Shown: piece after piece, positions 12,048-22,753 of the stretch
Layout of the letters: every line of letters begins with the position of its first letter
Numbering within the stretch: position 1 is the first letter of the stretch
NCBI RefSeq assembly: GCF_001194135.2
Contig: NC_069002.1
Coordinates: 30,938,748 to 30,986,298 of the forward strand
Direction of reading: 5' to 3'
Length of the DNA stretch: 47,551 nt
DNA from: Octopus bimaculoides
Taxonomy: Eukaryota
Program-made: the position numbers and the translations under genes
The notes under the pieces: model-generated
What the model saw: the letters and a program-made list of their open reading frames with translations, nothing else
What the model was told of the DNA's origin: nothing
The model's database searches: none

Positions 12048-12389
12048 TCGCCTTTCTGGCACTTGTGCCCATGACATGTGTAAGGACTTTCGAGCGAGAT
12101 CGTTGCCAGTGCCCCTGGACTGGCTCTTGTGCAGGTGGCACATAAAATACACCATTTTGAGCATGGCCGTTGCCAGTACCACCTGACTGGCCTTTGTGCC
12201 GGTGGCACGTAAAAGCACCCACTACACTCTCTGAGTGGTTGGCGTCAGGAAGGGCATCCAGCTGTAGAAACTCTGCCAAATCAGATTGGAGCCTGGTGTA
12301 GCCTTCAGGCTCCACCAGTCCTCAGTCAAATCGTCCAACCCATGCTAGCATGGAAAGCGGACGTTAAACGATGATGATGATGATGATGA
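12048..12389 (+). mobile_element. Family D interspersed repeat with (GAT)n 3' tail (probable non-autonomous, RTE-type retroposon)
   Basis: AGGAAGGGCATCCAGCTGTAGAAAC...CCATGCTAGCATGGAAAGCGGACGTTAAACGATGATGATG. Near-identical ends at 28580-28772 (-) and 47405-47500 (+); older copies near 7850, 9130, 12540, 23370 and 36345. Confidence 0.75.
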
Positions 12390-12852
12390 CGTGTGTTTGT
12401 GTATGTATATATACATATATGCATATTACACGCACAAACATACACTTGTAAAAAAATCACTTGAGCTGGTTCCACATACAAAGCAACCCTGCCAGTTCCA
12501 TGTGCGAGGCACGCAGGCTGGTTCCACATATAAAACACCTGTGCCAGTGCCACATAAAAATAACACCATAAACCCTGTGAAGTAGTTGTTGTTTGGAAGG
12601 GCACTCAGCCATAGAAACCATACCAAAACAGACAACCGAAGCCTGGTGCAGCTCTCTGGTTTATCACCTCCCGTCAAACCATCCAACTCATTCCAGCAGG
12701 AAAAATGGACATTAAGTGATGATAATACACACATGTATATGGAAAAATTATACAAAATGTATAAATGGATGATGAGTAAAGCACCGGCACAGTTTCGGTT
12801 ACCTGTTGTTATCTGTAGATTTACTTCAGGAACTTCGCAATTGGCAGTTGGG

Positions 12853-13232
12853 GCAATAGTATTAATAAAATAGGAGATGGAATGTGTATTAGACTTTATT
12901 AAGTTTGACACGTTTTGACCCATTGTTCTGGGTCTCTTTGGGTACATTAATAAAATAGTCACATTAGAGATTTCTTGTGTCAGCTTGCTTGCTGCTATAT
13001 GTCCATTCAAATTCAAGAATTCATTTTTGAATATTTTGCTTTTCAATAATTTTTCTTTGCTTTTATTCATTCTCGAAGTTGGTGGACATATAACGGTAAG
13101 CAAGCCGACACAAGAAATCTCTAGTGCGACTTTTTTTATTGATGTACCTGAAGAGACCCAGAACGGGTCGAAACATGTGTTGCACTTAATAAAATCTAAT
13201 ACACATTCCATTTCCCATTTTATTAATACTAT

Positions 13233-13235
<3 letters not shown>
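12853..13235. mobile_element. Long imperfect inverted repeat (arms 12853-13020 and 13069-13235), Penelope-like pseudo-LTR type
   Basis: The arms are reverse complements over ~165 bp (about 80% by eye) with a 48-nt spacer. Each arm carries a hammerhead motif; the right arm abuts (TA)n. Confidence 0.8.
13134..13194 (+). ncRNA. Minimal type I hammerhead ribozyme motif (core intact, helix I imperfect)
   Basis: CTGAAGA (13148-13154), helix II GACCC-AGAAC-GGGTC, GAAA (13170-13173), loopless helix III CAT/GTG, GUU triplet (13179-13181). Helix I GTAC/GCAC has one A.C mismatch and extends to TTTTATTGA/TTAATAAAA. Confidence 0.65.
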
Positions 13236-13279
<44 letters not shown>

Positions 13280-13563
13280 NNNNNNNNNNNNNNNNNNNNN
13301 NNNNNNNNNNNNNNNNNNNNNNNNNNNNNNNNNNNNNNNNNNNNNNNNNNNNNNNNNNNNNNNNNNNNNNNNNNNNNNNNNNNNNNNNNNNNNNNNNNNN
13401 NNNNNNNNNNNNNNNNNNNNNNNNNNNNNNNNNNNNNNNNNNNNNNNNNNNNNNNNNNNNNNNNNNNNNNNNNNACATAGACGTCACTATATATATTTGA
13501 GAGGAGGATGTATGTGTGTATGTATATATGACTATATGTATGTATATCAGTATGTATGGTGGC

Positions 13564-13603
<40 letters not shown>

Positions 13604-14154
13604 GTGTTTGTGTGTGTGGGTTTGACTGATTTTTACAAAATTTTGGCTTTGCTTGTCTTCAAGTTTTGCTTTCCAATTTTTCACCCATTCACACAAAAGC
13701 TTCCAGCATGTTTTCTTCTTCCTCACCTTCTTTCTCTCTCTCTCTCCCCCTCTCCCTTCTCTCTCTCACCACAACATGCGCCACTTCCACCCTCTTTCAC
13801 TCTTTGCCTTTTAACAATGCCCATCACCTCATCTATCCCATCCTCCTCCCTCCTCATGACCAATGGCTATTCCAGTGTTAGTCATCCTCCCCCTGCGAAA
13901 AAAAAAGAAAAAAGAAAATTAACAGGACCTCTTCCAAATCACTTAAGCAAATTAAACAAAAACAAAAAGAAATTAAAGGAAAATTATTTGAATTGTTAAA
14001 TATAGTAGTTTGGGATGATGGGATGCTGAATGTATCAAGTTGAGCTGTTTCATCTACTGTTGGCCATAAGCCAGAAACAAAAACACTCTCTACATAAGTA
14101 ATAGAACACTTATATTGTCAAACAAATTACTGGTTATGGCATATAACCAATCGG

Positions 14155-14224
14155 AATGTTACCACTGGTTTCATGTTGAATATTGCCACAAGACAACATT
14201 CAATGTGAAACCACTGGTAACATT
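14155..14224 (+). other. 70-nt stem-loop, pre-miRNA-like geometry
   Basis: 31-bp stem (27 Watson-Crick, 2 G.U, 2 mismatches) with an 8-nt loop at 14186-14193, checked base by base. Confidence 0.6.
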
Positions 14225-14700
14225 ATATATATATATAAATTTAAGTCACAATATATGGATTCAAGAAATCTGCCGGTAATCATAAAAAATGCTCCATCGT
14301 ACAAAACATATAAAATATATTATATGATACAAGAGAAAATGATAAGGAGTGTATATATAAAGTCATAAATGACAGAGAAATATATGTAAGCTGAAAGAAT
14401 AAATGTTACAGTTTGAACTGGTAAAATACATCGCTTGAACATGTAGATCTATATCAGTTTAAACATTGAAAATATATAAGTTCGGGGCTGCTAGATATAT
14501 TATTAGTCTGATGTTTAAAAGTTAGTTTGACAAACAAGTAAGATTCTCACTGATGTCCAGAAGTCATTTTATAATAAATTACCCAATAATGAACCCTAAC
14601 TGAAGAATAACTCTAATACAGTCAAATGCTAGAATACCATTTTCTAAATTTTATCCTAAACATACTAAAGTGTGTTGGATTTTATGCAAAGAATTACTTC

Positions 14701-15293
14701 TTAATCCTTTTTCTGTTGAAATATGTCGTACTTATTTCGGTTCATTTGGAAAATAATGAAGAATTGGATCATAAATTGATATGAAATTTTGATGGACGGT
14801 TTTTAGATCCCTTTAATACTTTATGTACCGTATTTCTCCTCAAATATGCTGCATTTGTTTCAAATCATTTTGAAAATAACAAAGAATTTACTCAAATAAT
14901 TTCGTCATTATTAAACTGGTGTTTGGAACATAAATTAACAGGAAATTTTGCTGAAAGGTTTTTAATTTAGATAATTTTAAAACAGGAAGTTTGTATCATA
15001 GAACCAGGAATGGTCTCAGGCAAGATGGTATTAAAAGGATTAAATGTGGAACCAGCTCTCTAGCTCAGTGTTCGATTTGTCCTTTTGTTTTCATATTTCT
15101 ATTAAAATACACTGAATTTGTTTCAATTCAAAACGAAAAATAGCAAAGAGTTTAGTAAAATAACTTTGTCTTTATTAAACTGGTGTTTGGAACAAATTAG
15201 TATGAAAGAGTTTAATTTAGATAATTTTAAAACTGAAATTTTCTTGCATAGAATCAGGGGACAATTTCAGGCAGGCTGGTATCAAAAGGGTTA
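14701..15293 (+). mobile_element. Degenerate TTAA/piggyBac-type MITE (family E) copies in tandem
   Basis: Internal TTTGTTTCAA..CATTTTGAAAATAA...GGTGTTTGGAACATAAATT module repeated three times; right ends GGTATTAAAAGGATTAA (to 15043) and GGTATCAAAAGGGTTAG (to 15294). Confidence 0.7.
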
Positions 15294-16153
15294 GGTTCAT
15301 TTTTTTCGATATTTGTATCAATCTTGCACTTTATTTACCATACTATAAGTATTGATTTATCCATTTATGGATTGATTAACCCTAACTAACATTTTTACAC
15401 CAAGTAAATAGAAAACAAAAACTGTCTTTTTCTACCATAAAATATCTTTCTCTGTTACAAAATAAAGATATTAGATATCTGATGAAATTCGAACAATTCT
15501 TCCTTAGAATGCTTAAGAGACATAGAATATAAAACAATCTGTTATATATTTCTTGGATTCTATTTTTTAAGCAACATTTTTCTATAAATATTTTGGAGAA
15601 TAATCATTGATGCAGAGTTTAGTTTAGAATATGTTTAGAAAAGACAACAACAAAAAAATTTTTTCAGTTCAATAAGAATGTTTAACAGTTACAAATCTCT
15701 GATGGTTTGGCAGTAAGTGTTGATTACGCAATTTACATTATGTAAGCAATAATCATAGAATATTAATGAAATATATGTAAGATGATCTAGCTAAGTATTT
15801 TACAAACGATCTCCCAGGTTATGTTTTCTAATCTAAAATATACTGCGTAATACTCAATCCAGATTTAATAATAAAAAATACAATTACATAACAAAGAGTA
15901 AAATTGCGACACATGAATAGAAATATACATGAAATTCTTAATATTAGTTATTTGTCAAGTTGTTTGAGGTTTACATTACACTGTACAAATGCATTAATTT
16001 ATATAATTCTCTGAAATATTCAATTCCTGTGAAGCTGTTACCATATTTCTCTTGAAACTCACTGTGTTTGTTTTAATTAATTCAGGAAATAATAAAGCTT
16101 AAGTAAAATAATATTGTCATTATTTGGTGGTTTGAAACATAAACTAAGATTAA

Positions 16154-16374
16154 CCTTTACATTGGTGTATTTCTGTAGAGATGCTCTGTGTTTCTTTCAA
16201 TCATTTTAAATATAACAAAGAATTTAGTAAAATAACTTAATTATCATTAAGCTAGTGTTAGGAACATAAATTGTGACTAAGGTTTGGTGGAAGATTTTAA
16301 TTCAAAACTTTTGAAAACAAGACATTTGTACTACAGAGCCAGAACTGGTTTCATCCTGGTTGGTAACAAAAGGG
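16154..16374 (+). mobile_element. Family E MITE
   Basis: TTAA 16150-16153, degenerate left TIR, right TIR TGGTAACAAAAGGG followed by TTAA 16375-16378. Confidence 0.75.
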
Positions 16375-16405
16375 TTAAGAATTGTTTCTGCATTATATAT
16401 TTTAA

Positions 16406-16611
16406 CCCTTTTGTTATCATATTTCTGTTGAGATGCTCTGTGTTTCTTTCAGTTAATTTTAAATATAACAAAGAATTTAGTAAAATAACTTAGTTATCAT
16501 TCAGCTAGTGTTAGGAACATAAATTGTGACTAAGGTTTGTTAGAAGATTTTAATTCAAAACTTATGAAAACAAAGCCAGAGCCGGTTTCAGCCAGGTTGG
16601 TAACAAAAGGG
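16406..16611 (+). mobile_element. Family E piggyBac-type MITE, intact ends
   Basis: TTAA|CCCTTTTGTTATCA ... TGGTAACAAAAGGG|TTAA: a 13/14 TIR match, TTAA target duplication and CCC termini typical of piggyBac. A reverse-orientation copy lies at 33284-33500. Confidence 0.88.
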
Positions 16612-17282
16612 TTAAATATAGAGGGATGTATTAAATCTCGATCACTTTAAAACAGTTAATTTGTATTGTATGACCAAGGACAATCGCAACAGTGTTGGTA
16701 TCAAAAGGGTTAACAAATGTGTAGTTTATGTTAGGGAGAAAATTGGTCAAGTCATTTTTGGCTTAGAAATATGTCTGTGAGTTTCAGGTGAATCAAACAA
16801 TGAAATTCTGTGTTCCTCACTTGTTAAAAATATATATTCTTGAAAAAGTCATTTAGGTGATATAGCTAACTTATCAGGATAGACATTGGGCAAAAGAACA
16901 ATAAAAGACAAAGAGGATATATTTAACCTGCTGTTGCTGTTTCATATAATGATGATGATGAAGATGGCACACATATATATATATATACACACATATATAA
17001 ATATGTATGTGTGTGTATACATACACAAATAAAACATCACATTACAATGTAGATGTTACATTTGTGAACTTTTACCTCAAGTGATAAGTTAATCACAACT
17101 ACTGTGAACTGATAATAACAATACTAAATTAATTAATAATAATGATAATAATAATAGTAGTAGCAGTAGTCGTCGTAATGATAATAATGATTTCAAATTT
17201 TTGCCACAAGGGCCGCTTGGGGGAGGGGATTAAGTCAATTACATCGACCCTAGTGTTTCACTGATACTTAACTTATCAACCA

Positions 17283-17318
<36 letters not shown>

Positions 17319-17374
17319 TATAACAACAACAACAACAACAACTGTGTGAACTGATAAAAGCAATGTGAATGTAT

Positions 17375-17412
<38 letters not shown>

Positions 17413-17984
17413 CCACAACAACAGTGATAGTAACAATGATGAAACACCTTTCTTCAATGTTCACTGTTAATGGAGGGACTACAGTAATTCTCAGAATTAA
17501 TACAAACAAATGATTAGAATAATGTGCAGTAATGAGGGAATCCCCACTAACGAGCAATGTTCTATGTAATTATACAATGTTAGGGTCAGAAACAATTGTT
17601 GACAATCAAATAATTTTATTCAGCCAAAATATTTACTTCTAGAATTGGAAACGTGTCTGTTTTTATTGGAAACGGCTGCCAACCTTTAACCAAAGTATAC
17701 CACAATGCACCTGGGCTGGAAGTAGTACCAATGAGGAGTTCATGGGACTCAGCTTGTCAGTTGTAACAGCCAAATGTCCCTCAAATTGCATCCTACTGTC
17801 TTAAATTAGAAAAAACACACACTGGAATATGTAAGCTGGGATAGACATGGATAAACGACTGGCTGGTCATGACTGGAATGGCTTTGATCAGATATTGTTG
17901 TTGGGTGTTAGATGAAATACTGCACTGGAACTGACCGGTCCAACCCATACCAATATGGGGGGTGGGGTGGCAGATAACAACAGA

Positions 17985-18215
17985 AGATGATAATGATGAT
18001 GATGATGATGATGATGACATTGACGATAATGGCAATGATGACAGTGATGTTGATGATGATGCGGATGAATATGAGAAGGGGAAAGAATGATTATGGTCAT
18101 GACGACAACAATGATGATGGTGGTGATGATGATGGTGATGATGCCTACAACAATGATGATGATGGTGGTGCTGCTGATGACTGTAACAACAATATTCATG
18201 ATGATGATGATTCAG
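17985..18215. repeat. Degenerate (GAT)n microsatellite
   Basis: Direct reading; source of the poly-His/poly-Met/poly-Asp ORFs. Confidence 0.85.
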
Positions 18216-18599
18216 CATTCATAAGGTTCTAGATTAATTTTAATTAAACAGTTATACTAATGAGATAAACACCAATGTCATTACAAGATTTAAAACTTTG
18301 TTATTGATCTACTTTTATTATTAGGTTCCTCAAAACATAAGTTTATCAAGATGATATCAGGGATAAACATTATGTAGCAACATTTAAATCAAATTAAATT
18401 AACGAACAGAAAATTTTCTTTATTACAGAAATATGACAGAATGTAAAAGCTTAATTAAAAAAAAAATAACAACATACCCAATATTAAAGATCGTTAGATA
18501 TATGTGAAATATTTGAACATCTTACTAATTAATAAATCTCTTATTAAAGTGACGATCCTAAGATACATCATAAAAACTAAAAGAGTAAAATAAATCTCC

Positions 18600-19487
18600 G
18601 TTACTATATTTCTGTCGGAATATTCTGTTTTTGTTTCAATTCATTTGGAAAACTAATAAAAAAATTAGTGAAATAACTTTGTCATTATTAAGCTGCCATC
18701 TGGTACATAAATTAACATGGAACTTTGAAGGTTTTACATTAGATCACTTTAACCCTTTTGTTACCATATTCAGTTGAAATATGCTGCCTTTGTTTCAAGT
18801 CATTATGAAATTGGCATCAAGGACTTAAACTAACATAAAATTTTGATGGAAGGTTTTACATTAGATCAATTTAACTCTTTTGTTACCGTATTTCTGTAAA
18901 AATACGCTGCCTTTTGTTTGAAGTCATCTGGAAGATTAATCAAGAATTTAGGAAAATAACTCTCGTTATTAAGCTGACATCTGGAACACAAATTAATATG
19001 AAATTTTGACGGAAGGTTTTAATTTAGATGATTCTAAAACAAGGGATTTTTATCATAGATCTTGGCAATTTCAGACAGATTAGTATAAGAATAGTTGACC
19101 CTTTCATTGAAATACTCTGCCTTTGTTTCAATTCATTTGGAAACAATGAAAAATTTAGTAAAATAACTTTGTCATTATTAAGCTGGTGTTTGGATTTTAA
19201 CCCTTTAGCATCCAGATTCCTCTGTCAAATATAATGCTTATTTATTCATTGTTTTGAATTAATCTTGCATTATCTTGTAGCTTTGAGATTTCAATGATGT
19301 GATTGTTTAATTTTAGAAATGACATTATAGGGTAGGTGTGAGAGGCTGAATCTGGCTGGTTTAAATATGAAAAAAAGATAGATTGTCTGGACTGGATATG
19401 GCTGGTTTAAATGCTCAGGGGTCAAACAAGGTGTTTGTATCATAGAACCAGGGTCAGTCTTGTGTGGGTTGATATCAGAAGGGTTAA
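18600..19487 (+). mobile_element. Tandem array of family E MITE left halves (~120-140 bp units) with a second TTAA MITE nested at 19201-19421
   Basis: Repeated TTAAC(C/T)CTTTTGTTACC...GGAAGGTTTT(A)CATTAGATCA units. The nested element starts TTAA|CCCTTTAGCATCCAGA and ends ATGCTCAGGGG; the family E 3' end then resumes (TTTGTATCATAGAACCAGG...AGAAGGG|TTAA 19484-19487). Confidence 0.75.
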
Positions 19488-20039
19488 GTGTTAGAAAGTT
19501 CATCTTCCCTTGATTGATGCTGCGAAAGATCAATAAAAAGCAGCTCTTNNNNNNNNNNAAAAAAAAGAAGAAAAAAAAAGAAAAAGAAAAAAAAGAAAAT
19601 CACCAATTTTTTTTTTTTTTGTTCTGCACCTTCATTGACCACAAACTTCTGTCTTGCCTGAATTTTCTGATTGGAAACAGATTTTTCAATATTTTATTCT
19701 CTCTTGCTCTTGCTACAATGCTGCAATGCATTCTTTTTTCCTATTTACACCTTTTTGCCAATCACATTATGCAGTGCATCTTTTTTTACTATATACTTGC
19801 TAAGCGCCAGTATATAAATATCTTTTTTCTATTTAATCTTTACAAAGTTTGTATCACTTTTATTGGCTTGCTGCCCGGATTCTTCTCTCTCCTGTTTTCT
19901 CTGTGTGTGTTTTTTCTCACCAATTTTCTAAACTTCTGCCAATCAAAGTGTGTTTATTTATCTTCAGCAACATTACTACCATTATCCATTGATCTATCAT
20001 GCATCTGTACATACATAAATGTCTGTCTCTCTTTCTCAC

Positions 20040-20191
20040 CAGCCATTCATCTATCCATCAAGCCACCTACCTTTCTTCCTGCTTTCCTTTCTATTTACCT
20101 TTCTCTGTGTCTATCTATCGATCAATCTATCTACCTACCTATCTGTCTATCTATCTATCTACCTATCTACTTAGCTATTTTATAAGCATAT

Positions 20192-20265
<74 letters not shown>

Positions 20266-20285
20266 CACACTCACACACACATACA
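20040..20285. repeat. (TCTA)n plus (TA)n/(CA)n microsatellites
   Basis: Direct reading. Confidence 0.85.
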
Positions 20286-20939
20286 TATGTATATTTGTTT
20301 ACTTACAGATGTATAGACATACATATATATATATCAAAAAGATGTGTTATAATACTATTCCACAGCCATACCAACAATCCAACATACCTCCATCATCAGC
20401 TGCCCAACGGATATCATTATGGTTTCAACACCTGGACAGTACCATTCAATCTGGTGGTGTCAACGGCACTAAAATAAGTGTCGTTTGGGAACAAACAAAC
20501 CAAAGAAACCACAACTTTCAAACACATTTACCCAATGTACAACCGTATCGATAAATAAATTCCATACGTAAATTACAACTCCTCCAAAATACGTGAGCTT
20601 CATTCAGTTTCCACCTAGTAAATCCACTCACAAGGTTTTTGTGGATCCAAAGTTATAGTAGAAGACACTAACCCAAAGTGCCACACAGTGGGAATGAACC
20701 TGCAATCATATAGTTCAGAAGTAGATTTCTTAGTCGAATGGCCACACCTGCTCTCATTTTTAACGATACTGAATAATGTAACCCCAGATACACTATGCCA
20801 GAAGAAAAAAAAAGCAGGGTGGGTTGATCAAATTTGGAATGCCTTTGATTACAGTTCTGTTTAATTAGGATTCACCTGTGGTCAAATAACTGTCTGTTGA
20901 AGACCATCTATTCTTCATTGCCGGAATTGTATGGTACCA

Positions 20940-21080
20940 TAAGGTGGTGAGCAGGCAGAATTGTTAGCACGCCAGAATGCTTTGCGGCATTTCATATGAC
21001 TTTACATTTTGAGTTCAAATTCCACTGAGGTCGACTCTGCTTTTTATCCTTCTTGGGTTGACAAAATAAGTACCAACCTC
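20940..21080 (+). mobile_element. Family A SINE
   Basis: AAGGTGGTGAGCAGGCAGAATTGTTAGCAC head, GAGTTCAAATTCC B-box, central block. Confidence 0.8.
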
Positions 21081-22516
21081 TGAAACTGCTGACGTGGTGC
21101 ACTAGTATCACACATTAGTATTCTAGCATAATCTTAGCTGCGATCTTAATAATAGAGCATAGAAGAAGACTGCAGACAAAAAAATCAATCTAAATACTGG
21201 CTTACATCTTAAAGTACATTTTTTATAAATATAATTTTAGACATCTGAAGTAGAAAGAATACGAAAATATCAAATCAATGATTTTTCATTCAAATATTGG
21301 ATCTGAAAATGGGGGTTTCATGTGGAAAACATGGATTAGGGAAGGGGGTTCCTTTTTCCTTCCCCACTGCCCTTTTTTGATTTTTTTTTTTTCTCTTTTA
21401 AGAAATAATTTGCTTAATTTACCTGATAGAATTCACTGAAAGAATAATTGAATAATTCTACTATTTGCTAAAAATAGCAGCTAAATCTCCTTCTAAGCAA
21501 CCCCCTCTCCATCCACAGTCTTCAGCAACATAATCACATCTTCTTCCCCTTCTTCAGTTCTTCAATTCTTCTTCTTCTTCTTCTACTACAACTACTACTA
21601 CTCCTTCGTCACCAAATTCTTCTACTTCTTCACCACCATCATCTTTTCCTCTTCCTCACCGCCACCACAACCAACATCATCATCATCGTTGTCATCATCA
21701 TAATCATCACCATCTTGTTGTCCCATAATACCATTATCAATCGATATTATCAATCAGCTAATCAATCATCTATCAAATAATTGCTAATCCATTATTTCTG
21801 CGTAGAATCGTTTCATTTCTTGTCGTCGTCAGACAGGTCAGTTCTGACACCAGTTCCATTCCATCACCCGAAATGAGTTAATTTTTTTTTTTTTTATTCT
21901 TTCAACTTCTGCAGGGTTTATGCTTTTGTTTTTTCTTTTTATTTTTGTCAATTTTCAGCTTTTCAGTTTAGATTTTTCACTTAATGATGCGGTTTAACTT
22001 TCCTTGTATGGTTTATTCTGTTCAAAGAACTCTACTATGGTTTAAAAAAAAAAAGAATTCAAATTGCAACATCAGCCTAATCTAATTGTGTTTATAAAAA
22101 GACAGCGGCAGGGAAGGGGAGATAGAAGGGTGTTGAACTTTGGTTAACAATCTTTTTCCCATTTAGCAGAAATATGGCCCCTTCCATATATATATATATA
22201 TATAGATATATATATATATATATATATACATTAAAAATTAATAGCCAATTCTCCCAAACCAACAGGAGGGCCTCTTTGCAGTAGCTTGACTTTATAGAAA
22301 TAGCAACCAAATTTCTCTCAAATTACAAATTACACACCCTATTTTCATTAAAAAGTGAAAAGACATATTAGATATATGTAATCTGAAAAAAAAACAAAAA
22401 AAAACAGGTGGCCTCTACTGGAATGATGGGTTGACTTGAAGTTAAACACAAACACAATCTCAAGGATAATATCAAGATACTGTTTAAAGATTGTCTTTCA
22501 TATATATATATATATA

Positions 22517-22753
22517 CCAGAGTAAGCACATAAATGTGAAACAAGGTGAAAAAAATAGTACTCAAATACCAGAGGTAGAGTAACATGCTTTATTAAAAAG
22601 CAGCAAAAATATCACAAAAACTGTTACTCAGAGTTTCACGTTCCCGTTTGTCAGACAGTTTTGTTTAGAATTCTAAACAAAACTGTCTGATGAACGGGAA
22701 CGTGAAACTCTGAGTAACAGTTTTTGTGACGTTTTTGCTGCTTTTTAATAAAG
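22517..22753. mobile_element. Penelope-like fold-back element inserted in (TA)n, containing a 166-bp loopless palindrome (22588-22753)
   Basis: 83-bp arms centred on GAA|TTC (22670/22671) with only 4 non-WC positions, all at former CpGs. (TA)n on both flanks. A fragment of the same leader (AGTAAGCACATAAATG..AAACAAGGTG) occurs at ~5047-5074. Confidence 0.85.
22679..22724 (+). ncRNA. Minimal type I hammerhead ribozyme (complete consensus)
   Basis: Helix I AAAACTGT/ACAGTTTT (8 bp), core CTGATGA 22687-22693, helix II ACG-GGAA-CGT (GNRA loop), GAAA 22704-22707, helix III CTC-T-GAG, GUA triplet. Predicted cleavage after 22716. Confidence 0.85.

Noticed and set aside
11296-12315. Long ORFs of 175-353 aa in the track (also 12426-13487, 27279-28262, 33554-34051, 35797-36364)
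   Set aside because: Length is produced by N gaps translated as X.
12780-12835. TTTCGG...ACTTCAG resembling a further minus-strand hammerhead
   Set aside because: Core reads CTGAAGT, with no pairable helix II or helix I.
20309-20554. 81-aa low-repeat ORF preceded by an acceptor-like TTACAG
   Set aside because: No recognisable homology. Spliced to Syt1 exon 6840 it would stop after two codons (CAT GTA TAG), and no supporting donor was identified.
21800-21840. Minus-strand CTGACGA...GAAA spacing like a hammerhead
   Set aside because: Neither helix I nor helix II can pair.
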